From: an uncultured Bacillota bacterium
GTDB taxonomy: Bacteria > Bacillota > Clostridia > Christensenellales > UBA1242
Reading direction: 5' to 3'
Assembly (NCBI GenBank): GCA_938034555.1
Contig: CALHLT010000022.1
Span: 11,372 to 75,371 of the forward strand
Length of the DNA stretch: 64,000 nt
The translations under genes were made by a program, and so were the position numbers. Below are positions 60,539-64,000 of this stretch, piece after piece; the stretch's first letter is position 1, and each line of letters opens with the position of its first letter. Under the pieces are notes generated by a model that had not been told where the DNA came from, searched no databases, and worked only from the letters and a program-made list of their open reading frames with translations.

Positions 60539-60565
60539 TTAAAAAATAAATTTGTCCTTAAATGC
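60523..60565 (+). promoter_or_regulatory. 11-bp hairpin whose 5' arm mimics the asnA RBS region
   Basis: GCATTTAAGGA (60523-60533) pairs with TCCTTAAATGC (60555-60565). The 3' arm is also complementary to ATTTAAGGA (60612-60620), which overlaps the asnA SD. Confidence 0.5.
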
Positions 60566-60628
60566 GTTAAAAAATAATTAAAAAATATAAAAAACAAAAA
60601 TAAAAAAACAAATTTAAGGAGAAATTTT

Positions 60629-61624
60629 ATGAAATTTATTAAAGAAAAATATGCTTATTTAAGCATGGCAGACAAACAAAAATATATTAAAATAATTAAA
60701 GACAAATTTGAAAGAGAACTTGCAAAACAACTTGATTTAATTCGTGTTTCGGCTCCACTTCTTGTAACGCAAGAATCTGGGCTTCAAGACGATTTAAGCG
60801 GCGTTGAAAGAAAAGTTTCGTTCGACATTTTGAAAGACGGAAAAGAACTTGAAATTGTTCAATCGCTTGCAAAATGGAAGCGCTATGCGCTTAAAAAATA
60901 TGGAATTCCAACCCACAAAGGAATCTACACCGATATGACAGCAATTCGTCGCGACGAAAAACTTGACGAAATCCATTCTGTTTATGTTGACCAGTGGGAT
61001 TGGGAAAAAGTTATTGAGCGCGAAGATCGAACTGTTCAATATCTTAAACAAACTGTTAAAAAAATTGTTAAAGCAATTATTGCAACAGAAAAATATCTTA
61101 AAAAAGACGGGCTTGAACTTGCGCATCTTTCCGATAAGGTGTATTTCATAACAAGCCAAAAACTTTTGGATTTATATCCAACTTTAACACCAAAGCAACG
61201 CGAATATGAAATTGTTAAGAAATATAAAACAGTTTTCATAATGCAAATTGGCGACGATTTATCCGATGGTTTCCCACACGACCTTCGCGCGCCAGATTAT
61301 GACGATTGGAAATTAGACGGCGATTTAATGTTCTATCATGAAGTTTTGGATATGGCGCTTGAAATTTCAAGCATGGGAATTCGCGTTGATAAAGAAAGTT
61401 TGCTTTCCCAACTTAAAAAATCGAAAAAAGAAGAAAGACTTGCGCTTGACTATCATAAATCAATCCTCGACGAATCCCTTCCTTTAACAATTGGGGGAGG
61501 GATTGGACAAAGTCGACTTTGCCAACTTCTTCTTAGAAGAGCGCATATTGGCGAAGTTCAAGCGTCCTATTGGGACAAAGAAACCCTTGAAGATTGCAAA
61601 AAGAAAGAAATTGAATTGCTTTAA
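60629..61624 (+). CDS. asnA: aspartate--ammonia ligase (asparagine synthetase A)
   Basis: 331 aa, AsnA-type class II-like fold (...LIRVSAPLLV..., DWEKVI, GGGIGQSRL). AAGGAG lies 7 nt before the ATG. Confidence 0.9.
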   Translation: MKFIKEKYAYLSMADKQKYIKIIKDKFERELAKQLDLIRVSAPLLVTQESGLQDDLSGVERKVSFDILKDGKELEIVQSLAKWKRYALKKYGIPTHKGIYTDMTAIRRDEKLDEIHSVYVDQWDWEKVIEREDRTVQYLKQTVKKIVKAIIATEKYLKKDGLELAHLSDKVYFITSQKLLDLYPTLTPKQREYEIVKKYKTVFIMQIGDDLSDGFPHDLRAPDYDDWKLDGDLMFYHEVLDMALEISSMGIRVDKESLLSQLKKSKKEERLALDYHKSILDESLPLTIGGGIGQSRLCQLLLRRAHIGEVQASYWDKETLEDCKKKEIELL

Positions 61625-61634
61625 TTAAAAGTGT

Positions 61635-61663
61635 TTGACAAATTGATTCAAATTTAGTAATAT
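61635..61663 (+). promoter_or_regulatory. promoter of the metK leader
   Basis: TTGACA, 17 nt, TAATAT. Confidence 0.65.
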
Positions 61664-61667
61664 AAAA

Positions 61668-61797
61668 ACATCCATAAAGAGTGTGCGAGGGACAGCCCCG
61701 TTGACCACACAGCAACCTGCAAATTGCAAGGTGCTAATGGCTGACCGATGGGGAAAAATCAATATCAAAAATCCTGTCGGAAACGATGGGATTTTTT
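61668..61797 (+). promoter_or_regulatory. SAM-I (S-box) riboswitch with a terminator expression platform
   Basis: Conserved S-box elements are present: AAGAG, GAGGGA, AGCCCCGTTGA, GCAACC, and GGTGCTAA. The terminator at 61767-61797 is AAAAATCCTGTC / GATGGGATTTTT. The 3' P1 strand GATGGGG can alternatively pair with TCCTGTC. Confidence 0.85.
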
Positions 61798-61839
61798 AAT
61801 CCCTTTATGGAAATATAAAAAAATAAGGGAAATAAAAAA

Positions 61840-62967
61840 ATGAAAAAAACAAAAGAAAAAGATGCTTCAAAAGAAGCAAAACATATGCGCCAAATTATAA
61901 CAAGCGAAAGCGTTAACATTGGTCATCCCGACAAAACTTGCGACTATATTGCCGATTCTTTCCTTGACGCGGCTCTTTCTCAAGACCCAAATTCGCAAAT
62001 GGCAGTTGAATGCGCAATTAAAGATAACAAATTGTTTATTTATGGAGAAGCAACAACAAAAGCAAAAATTAACTACAATTCAATTGCAAAATCAATTCTT
62101 AAGGAAGTTGGATATAAAAATAAATTCAAAATAATTAAGGAAATAAGCGAGCAAAGTCCAGACATAAATCAAGCAGTTGTTCGCGAAGAACTATGCGCAA
62201 ACGACCAAGGCATTGTTTATGGATATGCAACAAATGAAACAAAAGAATTTATGCCTTTGCCAATTTTAGTTGCTCATAAAATTATGAAAAAATATGAGGA
62301 ATTTCGAAAAAAGCGAAGTGATTTTTTCGCCGACGCAAAAAGCCAAGTTTCGGTTGAATATGAAGGGAACACGCCAAGAAAAATAACAACCGTTCTTGTT
62401 TCCGTTTCCCACGCCAAATCGCTTACATTAAACGAAATTCAAACCATAATTCAAGAAAATGTTTTAAACGAAGTTATGAAGGAATATAAAACCCTTGCAA
62501 AAAAGACGAATTACATTATTAATCCAAGCGGAAAGTTCACAATTTGGGGCGCGCAAGGTGATTCCGGATGTGTTGGGCGCAAAATTGTTGTTGACACCTA
62601 TGGCGGCGTTGGGCGCGTTGGAGGGGGATGTTTTTCAAGCAAAAACGCAACAAAAGTTGATCGTTCGGGCGCATATTATGCGCGTTATGTTGCAAAAAAC
62701 ATTGTTGCCCACGGCTTTGCAGACAAATGTGAAATTCAAGTTGCCTATGGAATTGGACTTTCAAAACCAATTGCAATTAACATTGAAACTTTTAACACAG
62801 AAAAAAAACCGCTTAAACAAATTTATAAGTATGTTGAAGAAAACTTCGATTTCAGCCTTTCAAATATAATTATCGAGCTTGATTTACTTAAACCAATTTA
62901 CAAGCAAACAGCCTGCTATGGACATTTTGGAAGGCAAGAATTCACATGGGAAAAAAATAAACCATAA
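61840..62967 (+). CDS. metK: S-adenosylmethionine synthetase
   Basis: TSESVNIGHPDK and the typical MetK core. The start may instead be ATG 61885, which would remove a 15-aa K/E-rich extension. Confidence 0.95.
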   Translation: MKKTKEKDASKEAKHMRQIITSESVNIGHPDKTCDYIADSFLDAALSQDPNSQMAVECAIKDNKLFIYGEATTKAKINYNSIAKSILKEVGYKNKFKIIKEISEQSPDINQAVVREELCANDQGIVYGYATNETKEFMPLPILVAHKIMKKYEEFRKKRSDFFADAKSQVSVEYEGNTPRKITTVLVSVSHAKSLTLNEIQTIIQENVLNEVMKEYKTLAKKTNYIINPSGKFTIWGAQGDSGCVGRKIVVDTYGGVGRVGGGCFSSKNATKVDRSGAYYARYVAKNIVAHGFADKCEIQVAYGIGLSKPIAINIETFNTEKKPLKQIYKYVEENFDFSLSNIIIELDLLKPIYKQTACYGHFGRQEFTWEKNKP

Positions 62968-63021
62968 ATAAATTTGTTATTTCCGTTTGTTGTTTTTTAG
63001 AAAAAAGTATATAATTTTTTT

Positions 63022-63594
63022 ATGGAAAAAAAGTTCAAACTTGTTAAAATAACTAAAGATAATGTAAATTTAGCAACCGAATTTCAGCTGAGCATTTTCC
63101 CAGGGGAATGCGCATATGGAAGTTACATGTATTCAATTAAAAGGGACAGCGACTACTTTACATACTACTTGGCATATGATAACGAAAACTTGATTGGCAT
63201 AACGGGCATATATTCGTTCGAAAAAGTTGAGGAAACAAACTCGTTATGGCTTGGGTGGTTTGGAGTTTCTCCAATCTATCGGGGAAAAGGCTATGGGAAA
63301 GCCTTGTTAGAGCAAACAATTGACATGGTTAAAGAATATGCAAAAAAAGACCCAAGAATTAAATATTTTAGACTTTACACGTCGTCAAGGGATAACCCAG
63401 TTGCATGCAAAATGTATCGAGAAGTAATGGACTATGAAGAAAAATATGAATGTGACGGCGATTTTAACTATGACGGAACTTGCCTGATTTTCACTAAATG
63501 CCTTTATAAAGATTGCAAAAACCCTCTTTGGAACAACCGTTTTTTAAATCTAAGCAGCGTAACAGAAATGGAAAAAATTGAACCACAAAAATAA
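63022..63594 (+). CDS. GNAT family N-acetyltransferase
   Basis: Acetyl-CoA motif YRGKGYGKALLE. TTGTTG-17-TATAAT ends 6 nt before the ATG. Confidence 0.8.
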   Translation: MEKKFKLVKITKDNVNLATEFQLSIFPGECAYGSYMYSIKRDSDYFTYYLAYDNENLIGITGIYSFEKVEETNSLWLGWFGVSPIYRGKGYGKALLEQTIDMVKEYAKKDPRIKYFRLYTSSRDNPVACKMYREVMDYEEKYECDGDFNYDGTCLIFTKCLYKDCKNPLWNNRFLNLSSVTEMEKIEPQK

Positions 63595-63636
63595 CTTACA
63601 ACAAAAAAAGTCTTCAAAACGAAGAATTTTTTATTT

Positions 63637-63724
63637 TGGCGGAGGCTTAGAGATTCGAACTCTAGGAAGCTTTCACTTCGCCGGTTTTCAAGACCGGTGC
63701 TTTAGACCACTCAGCCAAACCTCC
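63637..63724 (-). tRNA. tRNA-Ser (anticodon TGA), long variable arm, CCA encoded
   Basis: The reverse complement folds as acceptor GGAGGTT/AGCCTCC, anticodon stem CCGGT/ACCGG with loop CTTGAAA, variable arm GCGAAGTGAAAGCTTCC, and T loop TTCGAAT. Confidence 0.9.
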
Positions 63725-63877
63725 ACATTTTTATTTATACTTTGTCAATTTTTTATAAGAGTTAGCTAATCGACTTTGTTATATTAGCATATTTGTTTTC
63801 CTTTTGCAACTGTTTTTTAGAAATTTTAATTTAATATTTTTGAAAAAGTTTGTGTGTTAAAAAGATGTAAAAAAAAT

Positions 63878-64000
63878 ATGACAAACTTGAAAAATGTTGG
63901 AGCATTTATAAAAAAATGCTGCAATGTTTTTGTTTTTGGAGAGTCAACTGAGGCAACAGAACAAACCTGCTTGCAAGGCGAAAGAAAGCTAACAGAGGCA
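63878..64000 (+). CDS. possible 5' end of a gene running off the right edge
   Basis: ATG 63878 opens a frame that is stop-free to the window end (41 codons, MTNLKNVGAFIKKCC...). No SD and no family recognised. Confidence 0.25.
   Translation, partial: MTNLKNVGAFIKKCCNVFVFGESTEATEQTCLQGERKLTEA

Noticed and set aside
61734-61919. 61-aa minus-strand ORF overlapping the SAM riboswitch terminator and the metK start.
   Set aside because: It overlaps a confidently identified riboswitch and metK and has no start signals.

Overview
AT-rich chromosomal window using the standard genetic code (TGA is a stop, e.g. tcdA and pheT). It looks like a low-GC Firmicutes / Clostridia-like organism: rpmB-asp23-yloV neighbourhood, yunB, dprA-topA, hslVU, nifS-like/thiI, rny. 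Most of it is dense housekeeping on both strands: rarA, lepA-hemW, glyQS, acpS/recX, tyrS, a class A PBP, dprA-topA, hslVU-tcdA, trxA, a short alaS, pgk-tpiA, an ArsR/CadC-type repressor with a P-type metal ATPase, pheST, rny, rnhA, asnA and metK. There are three singleton tRNAs with encoded CCA (Val-GAC, Arg-TCG, Ser-TGA). I saw no rRNA, CRISPR array, transposase, integrase or recognisable prophage. Noteworthy points, in rough order of interest: (1) asnA has a two-stage leader. An Asn-codon-rich mini-ORF sits in front of an intrinsic terminator, and a second mini-ORF overlaps a hairpin whose 3' arm is also complementary to the asnA ribosome-binding site. This looks like a ribosome-mediated asparagine attenuator, a class I do not know to be described. 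(2) At about ten genes the -10 box ends 6-9 nt before the ATG with no SD, implying leaderless mRNAs alongside canonical AGGAG genes. (3) A membrane-tethered PadR-like regulator lies divergent from an ABC system whose ATPase is fused to a YwaF/TMEM164-like membrane domain, with repeats in the shared intergenic region. (4) A collagen-like gene has an out-of-frame BclA-like C-terminal tail, and a PIN-domain gene is split by a 1-nt homopolymer frameshift. (5) Unusual forms of housekeeping genes: a stand-alone GlmU acetyltransferase domain, a 601-aa AlaRS without a C-Ala domain, and an SPT-like alpha-oxoamine synthase. (6) A SAM-I riboswitch precedes metK, and none of the four aaRS loci has a T-box. 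All calls come from reading the sequence and from remembered family motifs; no searches or folding programs were run.
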